Counted from the first letter of the stretch, positions 43,215 through 53,785 are shown. The stretch: 55,266 nt of DNA from a virus (IMGVR_UViG_3300008108_000110:1-55266), one strand, 5' to 3'. The notes: generated by a model from the letters alone, not told the origin. Program-made: numbers and translations.

Positions 43215-44342
43215 TCAGAAAGGAGTAGGTTGGTCAATATTTGGGTTATAATCAACCTGCTCAGTAGGCATCTGAAAATCAGCATCCACCTTGTCATACA
43301 GTTCCAAGAAGGATTGCTTGGTTTCATCGTCAAAGCGGTTTACACACACTTGGATTGCCTTTGCCTTATCTTGGAAGATGCTGTAGGCACGGATGATGTG
43401 AACCAGGCGGCGGGTGCTGATGATTTCCTCAATACCACCATCGTAGAAGGTCTTGCGGATAATGTCTGCCCAGTCCACCAGGCGCTTGCAGAAGTCACGG
43501 TCTTCCACACCAAGATCCAGAGCGACGCCTTCAAGGATCTTCTGCTCGGTCGCAGGGGCAGGGTAGGACTGCTCAAAGGTCACGGGGAAGCGTTCTAGGA
43601 ATGCCTCATTGAGTACATTGGTGCCGATGAAGCGACCATCATCAGAACCCTTACCCTTGGTATTTGCGGTGGCAATCACATTGAAACCAGCAGCAGGTTT
43701 TACGAAACGACCGATCTTTTTAAGGAAAACACCTTTACCCTCCAAAATAGATTGGAGACAAAGAATTTTATTAGAAGCAAGGTCGATTTCGTCAAGAAGC
43801 AGGATTGCTCCTCGCTCCAGTGCTTCCACCACAGGTCCATTATGCCAGGCAGTTTCGCCATTAACAAGACGAAAACCACCAATCAAATCATCTTCATCAG
43901 TTTCAATCGTAATATTGACGCGGATCAATTCACGTCCAAGTTGAGCACAAGATTGTTCAACCGAAAACGTTTTACCATTACCCGAAAGACCCGTAATGAA
44001 CGTCGGATAAAAGAGACGGGACTGAATAATGCGTTTAATATCTTTAAAATTACCAAACTGGACGAAGGTATCATCTTTATCGGGAATAAGATTTTGTTCC
44101 ACAGAAGGGATAGTTGAGGGAGATTGGTAGGAACGTTCAATCTCTTGAATTCGTTCCCGAGTAATTTCCATATTCCAACGACCGCGACCTACTTTAAATT
44201 GCTCCAGTCGCTTAGTTACAGTTGGGTAGGAAATACTTTTAGAAGCACAATAACCACGAACGTCAGCAGCAGTAAATTCTGTTCCGAAAGTATTTTTAAT
44301 ATCGGTAAGAATTTGATCGTCGGTCATTTGAATTCGGGACAT
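43215..44342 (-). CDS. cobS: CobS/MoxR-type AAA+ ATPase
   Basis: GLSGNGKT, LLLDEID, ATANTKG, NEAFLERF, ISTRRL. Confidence 0.9.
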   Translation of the reverse strand: MSRIQMTDDQILTDIKNTFGTEFTAADVRGYCASKSISYPTVTKRLEQFKVGRGRWNMEITRERIQEIERSYQSPSTIPSVEQNLIPDKDDTFVQFGNFKDIKRIIQSRLFYPTFITGLSGNGKTFSVEQSCAQLGRELIRVNITIETDEDDLIGGFRLVNGETAWHNGPVVEALERGAILLLDEIDLASNKILCLQSILEGKGVFLKKIGRFVKPAAGFNVIATANTKGKGSDDGRFIGTNVLNEAFLERFPVTFEQSYPAPATEQKILEGVALDLGVEDRDFCKRLVDWADIIRKTFYDGGIEEIISTRRLVHIIRAYSIFQDKAKAIQVCVNRFDDETKQSFLELYDKVDADFQMPTEQVDYNPNIDQPTPF

Positions 44343-44410
44343 AATGTGAGTGGTTTGTTTCAACTGAAGTTATCATAATGCAAAGGGGGTCGCTTAGACC
44401 CCCACAGTGG

Positions 44411-44596
44411 TCAGTTTGCCAACTGGTTCCTTAATTTATCAAGATAATCACCAGTAGCAATACGACCAATATATCCTGGATAATATTTATCCACAAGTGC
44501 TGGAATTGCCATAGCACTAATACTGTTATTACATCTAATCCATACTTCTTTAGTATCGCATTTTACTACGTGTTCAAGTGGAAATTTGGTTTTCAT
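44411..44596 (-). CDS. small hypothetical protein
   Basis: 61-aa ORF with ATGA overlap. Confidence 0.65.
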   Translation of the reverse strand: MKTKFPLEHVVKCDTKEVWIRCNNSISAMAIPALVDKYYPGYIGRIATGDYLDKLRNQLAN

Positions 44597-46776
44597 ACAA
44601 CTAAAGAAATAAACTCACCTAGAACTTTTTTATTTAGTTTTTTGGTTTTAAGAGACTTAACAAAAGCAGATTTAATCTGAGACTTAGTTGCACACTCAGC
44701 AACTTCAAACTCAGTATCCTGAGAAAGTGCAGTGGCAGACATTCCAAAATATGCATCATAACCAGATTTAGTGATAGTAAAACTCTTTAGTTTCTTCCAA
44801 TCACTTTGGATTTTCTCATATTCTTTATCATTATAAGAGTGATACATTTGCACAAACCTGCTCATATTGCGACCTTCGAGAACACGAATACCGATGAAGT
44901 TTGTAGTGGAAAACTTATCCTTTAGATTTTTGAGTAGAACATCGGTGAATTCATGATACCCATACCCAAACCTATAAGTAGTTCCCAATTTTCGATCACG
45001 AAGAAATGTACTCATTGGATGAATATATCCAGTTCCAAGACGAGGTTCTTTTTCCCAATGGCGAATTACTTCTTTATGGTGAACAAGTTGATTTGCTTCA
45101 CCGTCAGTAAGAACAATACATTGAACTTTCTGAAGTTTATTTTCCTTTTGAAACTTAGGAAGAATTTGATGAAGAGTAATGAGTGCCTCATTCAAGGGAG
45201 TTCCAGAAAGACTCATACGATTAGAATAAGTATATGAACAACGATATGGATTTTCAAAACAAAAGGCAAGACGCCAAATATTAAGCATCTGATGTTCTAG
45301 AGCACCACCAGAAACTTTACTGGTAAGAATATTCATCATTGAAAATGTCTCATCTACACAAATTAAACCATCCCGTTTTTTGTAATGAGGAGTTCGATCT
45401 GCAGCGAGATAACGGTCATTCTCATAATCATACTCACCACGACGCCATTCGCTAGTAAAAGCATAAACCTCAAAAGGAATAGAAACTTTCTTGCAGAACC
45501 AAACAAGGTTAAAAAGTTGCTTGCAAGTATCAAGCATCACATCAGCCATAGATCCGCTCCAGTCCAGAACAAACACCAGACCGTGATTCTTACCATCAGG
45601 AATTACAGAAACTTTCTTGAACAAGTCTTCATTGTACTTGTAAGTATGCAGACGAGTGGTATCAAGAATACCAGTACGAGCAGTTGAAGCACGAGAATAC
45701 TGATCTGCTGCCTTACGACACTCAAACTCTTTAACAAGATAATTGACTTCTTTCTGAGCAGAGGACTTGAGCTTCTTAAATTCTGTATCAGATTCTTTAT
45801 AGATATCACGAGTTGGTACTTTCTGTGTATTTGCAGCATTGTTGTAAATTTTTTGTTGATGATTAAAAGAATCATCAATGTCTTTATGAACATCGGAGTT
45901 TTTACCGATAATTGTGTTCAAATTTACTTCAGGAATTTCAATATAAACATTTTCATATCCATCAGCATTTACAAGATCCTTAATTTTATCTTCAAAAGAT
46001 TCTGCAGTCCGAACTTCTGGATCTTCATCTTTTTTATTTGATTCGAAGTTAGTTTGATCTCCCTGAGCAGTTCCACCATAAGATTCATCAGGTTGTTGTG
46101 GTTGAGATTGACTATCACCTTCTTGTTGTTCGGATTGAGAGTCATTATTCTCAATCATTTCATTTGCAGGAGACTGGGAATTTCCTTGCATTTCGTGCGA
46201 ATCAAAATCAGCAACCTTTTGTTGTTCATTTTCTTTCTTGCAATACTTGTAAAGTTCTTCAGCGGCAATCAAAGTGTCTACAAAACTTTCGCAAGCACCA
46301 ATCAAATTAACAAGTTCTTGTTCTTCAGGTTTGAAGTCTATGTTAATAAAGTTACCAATCTTGTAGTAAAGATTAACACGGTCAGCAAGATTAAAAGTAG
46401 AGATATCGTCATCAGCAACTTGGAAGAAGTCTTCTTCATTAAGTTCTTTATATCCATTGAAGAAAGTCTTGGCAAGTCCAGCATACTTTCTTTTCATTAG
46501 TTTCTCGATACGAACATCCTCAACCACATTCACAAACTGAGAAGGAACTTTTACCTTTTCAGTCCAGTCCTCATCAGGAGTATAAAGAGCATGACCTACT
46601 TCATGACCCACCAAAAGATCATATACAACACCGCTTGCCTTTTCCCACAAAGGGAGAGTCAGAACGCGAGTATGAACGTTAAAGCAAGCAGTGGGAACTT
46701 TTTTATGCTCTACCACGAGATCTTCAGTGGCAAGCAGTTTAGCAAGTTGAGATTTGATTTCGTGGCGAATTGGCAT
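44593..46776 (-). CDS. CobT-like protein: HEXXH metallopeptidase domain plus vWA domain
   Basis: HEVGH, NVVEDVRIE, acidic linker, DWSGS MIDAS, SGTPL, LTDGE. Confidence 0.88.
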   Translation of the reverse strand: MPIRHEIKSQLAKLLATEDLVVEHKKVPTACFNVHTRVLTLPLWEKASGVVYDLLVGHEVGHALYTPDEDWTEKVKVPSQFVNVVEDVRIEKLMKRKYAGLAKTFFNGYKELNEEDFFQVADDDISTFNLADRVNLYYKIGNFINIDFKPEEQELVNLIGACESFVDTLIAAEELYKYCKKENEQQKVADFDSHEMQGNSQSPANEMIENNDSQSEQQEGDSQSQPQQPDESYGGTAQGDQTNFESNKKDEDPEVRTAESFEDKIKDLVNADGYENVYIEIPEVNLNTIIGKNSDVHKDIDDSFNHQQKIYNNAANTQKVPTRDIYKESDTEFKKLKSSAQKEVNYLVKEFECRKAADQYSRASTARTGILDTTRLHTYKYNEDLFKKVSVIPDGKNHGLVFVLDWSGSMADVMLDTCKQLFNLVWFCKKVSIPFEVYAFTSEWRRGEYDYENDRYLAADRTPHYKKRDGLICVDETFSMMNILTSKVSGGALEHQMLNIWRLAFCFENPYRCSYTYSNRMSLSGTPLNEALITLHQILPKFQKENKLQKVQCIVLTDGEANQLVHHKEVIRHWEKEPRLGTGYIHPMSTFLRDRKLGTTYRFGYGYHEFTDVLLKNLKDKFSTTNFIGIRVLEGRNMSRFVQMYHSYNDKEYEKIQSDWKKLKSFTITKSGYDAYFGMSATALSQDTEFEVAECATKSQIKSAFVKSLKTKKLNKKVLGEFISLVV

Positions 46777-46858
46777 TGGATGTGTTTCGTATGCAAATAT
46801 CATACAAAAAAAGGAGGCATTTCAACCTCCTAATGGACAGTTTAAAAAGTGTCCTCTA

Positions 46859-47089
46859 CTAGTCCTTAGTCGCATTAGCAAAATCTTCTACGCCTTTTCT
46901 AAATTCCCTTTCCTTATCGGATAAATCGTTAAAACGTTTTCTAGCAAGTTTAGCAGTTTTTTGTGCCTTAACATCAGTTGTTGCACTACGTTGCTGAAGA
47001 TCTTTAAGTCTATCACCAAGATCTTTTACACGATTTTCATTTATATTATTTGCGGTTTCTATAAATTGATTAAAGGTTTTATACTTCAT
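46859..47089 (-). CDS. small late protein with capsid-targeting-like N-terminus
   Basis: KTFNQFIE; TATAAATA at 47110-47117. Confidence 0.65.
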   Translation of the reverse strand: MKYKTFNQFIETANNINENRVKDLGDRLKDLQQRSATTDVKAQKTAKLARKRFNDLSDKEREFRKGVEDFANATKD

Positions 47090-47101
47090 TTTACCTTCGT
47101 T

Positions 47102-47251
47102 TTAAAAAATATTTATACAAAAAAAAACACCCCCTTTGGAGTGCTTTTTCTTAAATGCCTTGAGTCTAGATTTCGCTTGCCTCAGTGCTTGTGGTTTAAG
47201 TTTTCGTTTCTGTTCTTTTTTAGAATGATGTTTCCAGTTTGGGACTTGCAT
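47102..47251 (-). CDS. 49-aa basic hypothetical protein
   Basis: MQVPNWKHHSKKEQKRKLKPQALRQAKSRLKAFKK. Confidence 0.6.
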   Translation of the reverse strand: MQVPNWKHHSKKEQKRKLKPQALRQAKSRLKAFKKKHSKGGVFFCINIF

Positions 47252-47265
47252 TTTTCTTTAGTGGT

Positions 47266-48978
47266 TCATGCCACCATACTAGAGAAATTTTTCTTTTTCT
47301 CAAATTTTATGACACTTTCAAATTTGTCTTCTAATCCTGTTTTATGTGAGATGACAAAGATATTAGCATCTTTAATTACATAACGGATAATCTTAAGGAA
47401 CTCTTCTGTCCCATATCCATCAAGAGAAGAATCAAAAATTTCATCCAATATCAATAAATTAGTATTAGTTGAATTTTTAAATTTAGCAACTTCTCTCCAA
47501 GTAAAAAGAAGTGCCAAATCAATTCTTTGTTTTTCTCCCTCACTAAAAGAAGCATAGGAGAAATCTTCATGAATAGGTGACTGGACGGTTTCGTTAAACT
47601 CTTCATCAAGAGTAAAATTAATATAAAAGTCCATCATCTGCAAATATCTGTTAACTTGCTGATTGATGAGTGGCAAATACTTCTTGATGATTTTGGTTTT
47701 TACTCCACCGTCTTTAAGCAAACTATACGAAAAATCGTAATAGTTAATTAAGTCTTTTTTAGAAGCGAGTTCTTCGTATGTAGTTTTTAAATTTTCTCTA
47801 AAGGATTCTAACTTTTCATGTTCAGTATTTCTGTTTGCAAGGTTCTCGGTAAGAACTTGAATTTCTGATTCAAGATTTCGGATTTGTCTCCGCAATCCAT
47901 TAATCTTAATATTGTTTTGAGAAATGCCATTCGTTAGTTTTGAGATCTCCTTCGATAGAGAATTGAATTGACGCTCTCGATCTTCCTCCTCTTTAATTGC
48001 CTCCTCTAGTTCTTTATAACCAGATTGCAACTCCTTTGCTTTAGATTGAGCGTCTTTAATTCTATTTATTCTGAAGGTCTCTTCGATTGACTGTGTGCAA
48101 GTGGGGCATACCGTATTCTCTGTGAAGAACTTATGCTCTTTAGTAATGGTAGATACTTTCTGAGAAATCTTACCCTTCAAATTTCCAAGTTTGCGAAGTT
48201 TCTCCGCATATCCAACCAACTTATCTTGCTCTCTAATATACTCATAAAGAGGTTCTTCTAAAGAAGTATTATCTTCCATCAAATGACCGATTTCCTCAGT
48301 CAAAGACATTATAGAAATATTTTTATCATCAATATCTTTCTTCCCGCGATTTTCAAGTTCTTCAATAAATTCTTTTTGCATTTCAACTTTATCGTTCAAT
48401 GATTCTTTTTTTAATTCAAAAGTTTTTATTTCGTCCTTGAGTGATTTAATCTTTTCTTTAATGATTGCATTCATAGAAGAAAATATTTTGATATCCAACA
48501 AATCTTCAATAACTTCTCTTCTGTGAGATGAAGAAAGTTGCATAAAAGGAACAAAGTTACTACTACCCAAAATAACGATTTGAGTAAATGACTTATAATT
48601 CATTTTAATAATAGTTTGCTCAAACCATTTTTGTTGATCTATGGATGATGAACTTTGATCTAATAAATTTCCGTTTCTATAAATTTCAAAAATATTTGGT
48701 TTAATTCCCCTTCTTACTTTATATTCTACACTACCAATTGAAAATTCTATTTCCACCAAACAATCTTTTTCATTAGTAGAATTTACTAACTGAGGTTTAT
48801 TGATATTTCTAAAAGCTTTACCAAAAAGTACAAAAGTCAAAGCATCCAACATAGTGCTTTTACCAGCACCATTTGAACCAATAATTAAAGTAGTTAAACT
48901 TTTTTTGAAATTAATTTCAGTAAAATGATTTCCAGTTGAAAGAAAATTTTTCCAACGTATAGTCTCAAATAAAATCAT
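47266..48978 (-). CDS. 46: recombination endonuclease ATPase subunit (T4 gp46, Rad50-like)
   Basis: GSNGAGKS, CPTC zinc hook, FSEGE, LDEIFD, ISH. Confidence 0.97.
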   Translation of the reverse strand: MILFETIRWKNFLSTGNHFTEINFKKSLTTLIIGSNGAGKSTMLDALTFVLFGKAFRNINKPQLVNSTNEKDCLVEIEFSIGSVEYKVRRGIKPNIFEIYRNGNLLDQSSSSIDQQKWFEQTIIKMNYKSFTQIVILGSSNFVPFMQLSSSHRREVIEDLLDIKIFSSMNAIIKEKIKSLKDEIKTFELKKESLNDKVEMQKEFIEELENRGKKDIDDKNISIMSLTEEIGHLMEDNTSLEEPLYEYIREQDKLVGYAEKLRKLGNLKGKISQKVSTITKEHKFFTENTVCPTCTQSIEETFRINRIKDAQSKAKELQSGYKELEEAIKEEEDRERQFNSLSKEISKLTNGISQNNIKINGLRRQIRNLESEIQVLTENLANRNTEHEKLESFRENLKTTYEELASKKDLINYYDFSYSLLKDGGVKTKIIKKYLPLINQQVNRYLQMMDFYINFTLDEEFNETVQSPIHEDFSYASFSEGEKQRIDLALLFTWREVAKFKNSTNTNLLILDEIFDSSLDGYGTEEFLKIIRYVIKDANIFVISHKTGLEDKFESVIKFEKKKNFSSMVA

Positions 48979-49243
48979 AACCTTCGTATTCTTCTGGGGG
49001 TATTACAATATCATTAGGTGTAATTATTGTATACAAGTATCCTTGCACATCACACGTTTTTATTATTAGATCATCATCAATTTCTATAACGTGCATTTCC
49101 GGATAATCCATCTCTTCTAACATCATAGCAAATCTTACAGCATCATCTTCTTCTTCAAACAAATAGAGGACTTGTTCTCCATCTTCATTTGTAGCGGAAT
49201 ACGCACCTTCTTGTTCTTTGCCATTGATTGTTAGTAACCACAT
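48965..49243 (-). CDS. acidic hypothetical protein
   Basis: GAY......LYLFEEEDDA.RFA..L, IVIPP; sits between 47 and 46. Confidence 0.8.
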   Translation of the reverse strand: MWLLTINGKEQEGAYSATNEDGEQVLYLFEEEDDAVRFAMMLEEMDYPEMHVIEIDDDLIIKTCDVQGYLYTIITPNDIVIPPEEYEGYDFI

Positions 49244-49244
49244 C

Positions 49245-50279
49245 TTATATCATTTCGCAAGCTTCCTGATATATTTCTTTTATTAGACTTTTAATAGAAG
49301 ATTTATCCAATTGAATCTCAGACTCCTGTATATATCTATTCAATATAGAAAGAGTATCTTCAGATTCAAACTCTTCAAAATCATCTGACTCAACGATTTG
49401 AAAATTTTCTATGATTTTTAATTCTGCTACATTAGAAGAATAAATTTTATCTACAAACTTTTCAAATTTTTTAGGGTCTGTCTTTTTTCTTACTACAAGT
49501 TTTACAATTTTATCTTTGTATTGAGTAGCATTAAAAGTTTGATATGGAGTATCTTCGTAGTATACAACATAAAACATTCTATGAGGATTATCAATTGAGA
49601 AGTGTTCTAGTGTTTCAGTATCAAAGATAGTAAATCCTCTAGTATCATTCAAATCATTCCAATATATTTCATATGGATTACCTAAGTAATATATTTTCCC
49701 ATCTGTCGATCTAGTGTGATAGTGTCCCGAGAAGACACGTTCGAACTTTTTAAATAATTTGCTTTCCACACCATCTTCCATGATGTGTCCTTTATAAGCT
49801 GCAAATCCGTTGATCTCAAGGTGCCCCATCGCACACTTGCAAGATGTAGTTTGAATAAGTTTATAAACAATTTCCTCATTTTCTTGATTTATCCAGGGTA
49901 ATAGTAAAACATCTAAATTTCCAATTTTTACTTCTGTTGGTGAATCGTATGTTTTAATATTATTGTACGATTGAAGAAGAAGTTGAGGCGAATTTACATT
50001 ATTTGTATTTTTATAGTAACAATCGTGATTACCAACGATCATATGAACATTATACTTTTTAAGTCGATCAAAAACTACTCTTTTTGCCCATTCAAGACTT
50101 TGATAATCTATTGATTTGCGACTATCAAAGGCATCACCCATATGAATGACTGTATCAATCCCTTGCTCTTCGAGTGTAGGGAAAAATACTTCGTCATAAA
50201 ATTTTTCGAAGTAGTCGTGGAATAATTTTGATCCTTTTCTAGCTCCATAATGAGTATCAGTAATAATTGCTACTTTCAT
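49245..50279 (-). CDS. 47: recombination nuclease subunit (T4 gp47, Mre11-like)
   Basis: DTHYG, GDAFD, GNHD, GH, SGHYH. Confidence 0.97.
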   Translation of the reverse strand: MKVAIITDTHYGARKGSKLFHDYFEKFYDEVFFPTLEEQGIDTVIHMGDAFDSRKSIDYQSLEWAKRVVFDRLKKYNVHMIVGNHDCYYKNTNNVNSPQLLLQSYNNIKTYDSPTEVKIGNLDVLLLPWINQENEEIVYKLIQTTSCKCAMGHLEINGFAAYKGHIMEDGVESKLFKKFERVFSGHYHTRSTDGKIYYLGNPYEIYWNDLNDTRGFTIFDTETLEHFSIDNPHRMFYVVYYEDTPYQTFNATQYKDKIVKLVVRKKTDPKKFEKFVDKIYSSNVAELKIIENFQIVESDDFEEFESEDTLSILNRYIQESEIQLDKSSIKSLIKEIYQEACEMI

Positions 50280-50288
50280 TACAAAAAA

Positions 50289-50786
50289 TTAATACCTCAG
50301 TTTAGAATGGACACTATCTTTGATTGAATTATAGTCGCTATAGTTCTCACCGTCAATAGTATTATCGTCAAAGAATACTTCATCAAATCCAGTTCTCTCT
50401 AAAATTTTATTCTTAATTTCTAATTGACGCTTTTCTCTTTGGATTCTGCGAAGAAAAGCATAGTGAATGATTTGAGTAAAATATGCAAAGGGGTTTTGTG
50501 ATTTCTCAGGATCAAAATTGTGAATGTACTGAACACAATTTTCAATTCCATCCGAAATCATATCATCTTTAAAAATGTAATTGACAAAGTTTGGTTTAAA
50601 TGAAAGATGAGTAGCAATCTTCAAAAAACACTCACCAAGATAATTAGTAATTCTTGGCTTTGGATCTCCCCTTTCTTGTGCTTCGTTTATTTCTTTTTTG
50701 TATTGAATTAAAGCAGCAAGAAATTCCTTGTTATTAACGTAATGAATCGATTTTTTTCTTTTAGTCATTACACCAGTTGAAATCAT
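50289..50786 (-). CDS. 55: late transcription sigma factor (T4 gp55)
   Basis: HYVNNKEF, NF.NY...DMISDGIE, NPFAYFTQI...AF.RRI..EK. Confidence 0.96.
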   Translation of the reverse strand: MISTGVMTKRKKSIHYVNNKEFLAALIQYKKEINEAQERGDPKPRITNYLGECFLKIATHLSFKPNFVNYIFKDDMISDGIENCVQYIHNFDPEKSQNPFAYFTQIIHYAFLRRIQREKRQLEIKNKILERTGFDEVFFDDNTIDGENYSDYNSIKDSVHSKLRY

Positions 50787-50812
50787 TTTAATACCTATCT
50801 TAATATCTAGAT

Positions 50813-50841
50813 ATTATAACATTTACGCTTCGGAATTACAA
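50813..50841 (-). promoter_or_regulatory. sigma70-type promoter for gp55
   Basis: TTGTAA-17 nt-TATAAT. Confidence 0.7.
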
Positions 50842-50844
50842 CGC

Positions 50845-50873
50845 TTGACTTACCCCCTGAAACAGTTTATAAT
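50845..50873 (+). promoter_or_regulatory. plus-strand (antisense) sigma70-type promoter
   Basis: TTGACT-17 nt-TATAAT pointing into the minus-strand uvsW operon. Confidence 0.65.
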
Positions 50874-50907
50874 TACCTTTGTCGAGGTTCAAGATTAATT
50901 TTAGTAT

Positions 50908-51294
50908 CTATAGATTCTTATAGATCTTTTCTAAAAGTTCTTTAGCATCATTTACATTCCCGATGTATCCCATTCGTTTGGATATATTGGGTTTTTTAGT
51001 TTTTAAATTGTAGAATTTTCTGACATAAGATTGATACATTGTTATCATCTCTATATCATTTGATTCAATTATAGTTAAAACATTTTCCATATCTATAACA
51101 AACATATCTTCTTTTGTTGTCTTTAACCAAGGTTCAATCTTATATCCAGATCCATTTCTTGTTTGAATATTAGAAACCACTATAGGATTCGATAAAAGAA
51201 GAACTGTTTTGTTCCTTTCAAAAGAAGGAGAAACTTTTGCAAATATTTCTTCTCCAGAAATTAATTTTAATGTTGCATAAAAATCGTCTTCCAT
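50908..51294 (-). CDS. conserved Sm-like hypothetical protein
   Basis: YATLKLISGEEIFAKV, EPWLK, MGYIGNV..A...LE.IY. Confidence 0.8.
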   Translation of the reverse strand: MEDDFYATLKLISGEEIFAKVSPSFERNKTVLLLSNPIVVSNIQTRNGSGYKIEPWLKTTKEDMFVIDMENVLTIIESNDIEMITMYQSYVRKFYNLKTKKPNISKRMGYIGNVNDAKELLEKIYKNL

Positions 51295-52757
51295 CATTGT
51301 TTTAAATTTACGGTAATTATTTCGTAGTTAAAATTTTCTTCATTGTATATCTTAATTCTTTCTATAAAATGATTTAAAGTATAATTTTTTCTTGAATTGT
51401 AAGTACAATCATCAGAAATATCATAAAGAACTGCTTTAGTCTTATTATTTCCTTTCCTTAATACTCTACCTATACTCTGAAGATTTCTAATTCTTGATTT
51501 ACTAGGAGATGAAAAAATAACATTATGTAAATTTTTAATATTTACACCTGTACTAAACACTCCATAAGAAGCAACTATTATTGCATTAGATTCAGTTTCT
51601 GTAATTGCTCTTACTTGCTCTCTTTCATCGGTGCTTATACCACCATGAACAAAGAATACTTTTCTGTTGCTAGTTGCAGAACTATTTATTAAATTGAATA
51701 ACGGTTCTCCGTGTGATTCAACTCTAGAAAATAAAATCAAAGTATTTCCTTTTAAATCTAATGCAAGATTTTTAATAAAATTATTCCTCTTTTGATGATT
51801 TATTATAAATTGAACCTCATCTTCATATGTTTCGAATTTTTGAGGTTTATGCTTTAATACAATACACCTAATATCTAATGCGGAAAGATGTCCCTGTTCC
51901 ATTAACTTGGAGGTTTTAGTTACCTTATATGAAGGTCCAAACAATCCTTCAAGAACCCACTTGTGAGTTTGAGTTCCATCAAGAGTTCCAGTAAATCCAA
52001 ATCTATATTTTGCGTGATGAAGTTTTGTCATTATATTAATCAATGACTTACTTTTAAATAAGTGTGCTTCATCACCTATAATGACTTCATAATCCTCAAA
52101 AAAACTTTTTTCAAGTTTGTAAATTGATTGCCAAGTTGTAATAGTTACAGGATGGGTATTATTTTTCTCTCTACCACCATATATTTTGTGACAATATGAG
52201 TCAGCATCCCAACCATAATCTTGGAAATCCTTGTACATCTGTTCTACAAGAGATGTCGTTGGAACAACTAAAAGAATTTTTTTCCCTTTATCCACATAAT
52301 ATCGCACGAGAGAATAAATCATCAGACTTTTTCCTGATGCAGTGGGACTTATCAATAGTTTTCTATTATGCTTTAGAGCATCATATACTCCATCTATTTG
52401 ATACTCTCGTGGAGAATGAGCACAAATAGATCTCATATAATCTTTTACTCCTTCATAAGAAATTTCTTCATTAATTTCATAAGGAAGTCCATAATACTTA
52501 TTATTCTTAAATGAAAAATTATATCCGTGACTTTTTAATTTTTCTGCGATCTTATCGATAAGTCCAACATAAATTTCACCGTTATGGACAGATAGCAATC
52601 TAATCCTCCCATCCCAGTGTCTATTTCTCATTTGAGGCATGAACTTTGCGCCTTCTACTTCAAAAGTAAAATATGGTTGAAGTTCATACAAAATATGAGG
52701 TTCGCATTCAAGTTTGATGAAAACCTCATTCTTTTTAGATATTACTACATCACTCAT
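51294..52757 (-). CDS. uvsW: SF2 DNA helicase UvsW
   Basis: PREYQ, SPTASGKS, DEAH, TGT, QSIGRVLR. Confidence 0.96.
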   Translation of the reverse strand: MSDVVISKKNEVFIKLECEPHILYELQPYFTFEVEGAKFMPQMRNRHWDGRIRLLSVHNGEIYVGLIDKIAEKLKSHGYNFSFKNNKYYGLPYEINEEISYEGVKDYMRSICAHSPREYQIDGVYDALKHNRKLLISPTASGKSLMIYSLVRYYVDKGKKILLVVPTTSLVEQMYKDFQDYGWDADSYCHKIYGGREKNNTHPVTITTWQSIYKLEKSFFEDYEVIIGDEAHLFKSKSLINIMTKLHHAKYRFGFTGTLDGTQTHKWVLEGLFGPSYKVTKTSKLMEQGHLSALDIRCIVLKHKPQKFETYEDEVQFIINHQKRNNFIKNLALDLKGNTLILFSRVESHGEPLFNLINSSATSNRKVFFVHGGISTDEREQVRAITETESNAIIVASYGVFSTGVNIKNLHNVIFSSPSKSRIRNLQSIGRVLRKGNNKTKAVLYDISDDCTYNSRKNYTLNHFIERIKIYNEENFNYEIITVNLKQ

Positions 52758-52784
52758 AGCATAAATTATTGCTATGAATATTTA

Positions 52785-53222
52785 TTACCCAAGTCCAGAC
52801 TGGAATCTCATAAATTCAATACTGTTCTTAATTTGATAAGTTCTATTATGAATCATCTTCAAAATGTTTTCAATATATGAAAGCATAACATCATAATATT
52901 CTACTTTTAATGAAGATTGAGATAACCTTTCATCCGCATCTAGATATTTTTGTAAAGTATCTTTATCTCTTATTTTTTTAGGAAATGGATCTTCCTGATA
53001 TACTTCTGGATCCGCTTTTCCAGAGTAATATTCGTATCTTTCGTGTCTAATATTTCTTTTTTGTTGATCTGCTCTTTTTCTTAATAAAAGAAGTTCATTA
53101 TAAAGATTATAATATTTTGCATGAAGAATTGGTATATTTAAAGATTCTACGTGTAAATTATCCATATCCATTTTAGAATCTTGTTCCCACATTTTTTGGA
53201 TAGTATCCAAATCTATACTCAC
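52785..53222 (-). CDS. uvsY: recombination mediator UvsY
   Basis: W..D..MD...L..ES..IP.LH.KY, YYSGK, R.YQIKNSIE..RF..G; lies before uvsW. Confidence 0.9.
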   Translation of the reverse strand: MSIDLDTIQKMWEQDSKMDMDNLHVESLNIPILHAKYYNLYNELLLLRKRADQQKRNIRHERYEYYSGKADPEVYQEDPFPKKIRDKDTLQKYLDADERLSQSSLKVEYYDVMLSYIENILKMIHNRTYQIKNSIEFMRFQSGLG

Positions 53223-53785
53223 AATGGTTTTCCTCGTTTATCTACTATATTATACATAGTATACTTGAATGAGACTTCTGCTGTAAAGTATTCAATATCT
53301 TCATCCGTCGCATCAAACTCCAGTGAAGAGAGAGAATATGGGAACATATCTTTAAAAACTACATTAAAATTGAAATTTTGATTGCTATTTAAAACTTGCA
53401 ACGTACCATCAGAATAAACGGATAGCATTTCATTTATTTCATTATTAACTGAAGTATTTCCTGGAGATCTTTGTAATTTATAAATTTCACTTAAAGATTC
53501 TGGAAATCCAAGTCCTCGCATCCAATTTTGGATTTCCATGTAATTTTCTAAATTTTCATCAACAATAAATCTTAAGTTCAAATCCCCAAATTCCATCTTA
53601 TCTCCAGGTTGTGGAAGAGTTCTAAGGTAATTTGGTTGCTCTGCTATGCCCAAAGTTATATCTGGTATATTTGCACTGTTCAGAAAAAATGCAATCTTTG
53701 GAGATCTAGTCAATGTAAATATAAATCCTACAGGAGATAGAAAATTTCTATTCTCTATCTGTTTATCGTATATATTTCTAGTCAT
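53219..53785 (-). CDS. 3: tail completion/sheath stabilizer (T4 gp3-like)
   Basis: NFLSP.GF, ANIP...LG, PGD...FGDL..RF.VDE.L.NY.EI..W, FP.SLS. Confidence 0.85.
   Translation of the reverse strand: MTRNIYDKQIENRNFLSPVGFIFTLTRSPKIAFFLNSANIPDITLGIAEQPNYLRTLPQPGDKMEFGDLNLRFIVDENLENYMEIQNWMRGLGFPESLSEIYKLQRSPGNTSVNNEINEMLSVYSDGTLQVLNSNQNFNFNVVFKDMFPYSLSSLEFDATDEDIEYFTAEVSFKYTMYNIVDKRGKPL

Noticed and set aside
43215-46776. Cobalamin biosynthesis role for cobS and the cobT-like gene
   Set aside because: No cobN or other cob genes are present; this AAA+/vWA pair is common in T4-like cyanophages and more likely chaperone-like
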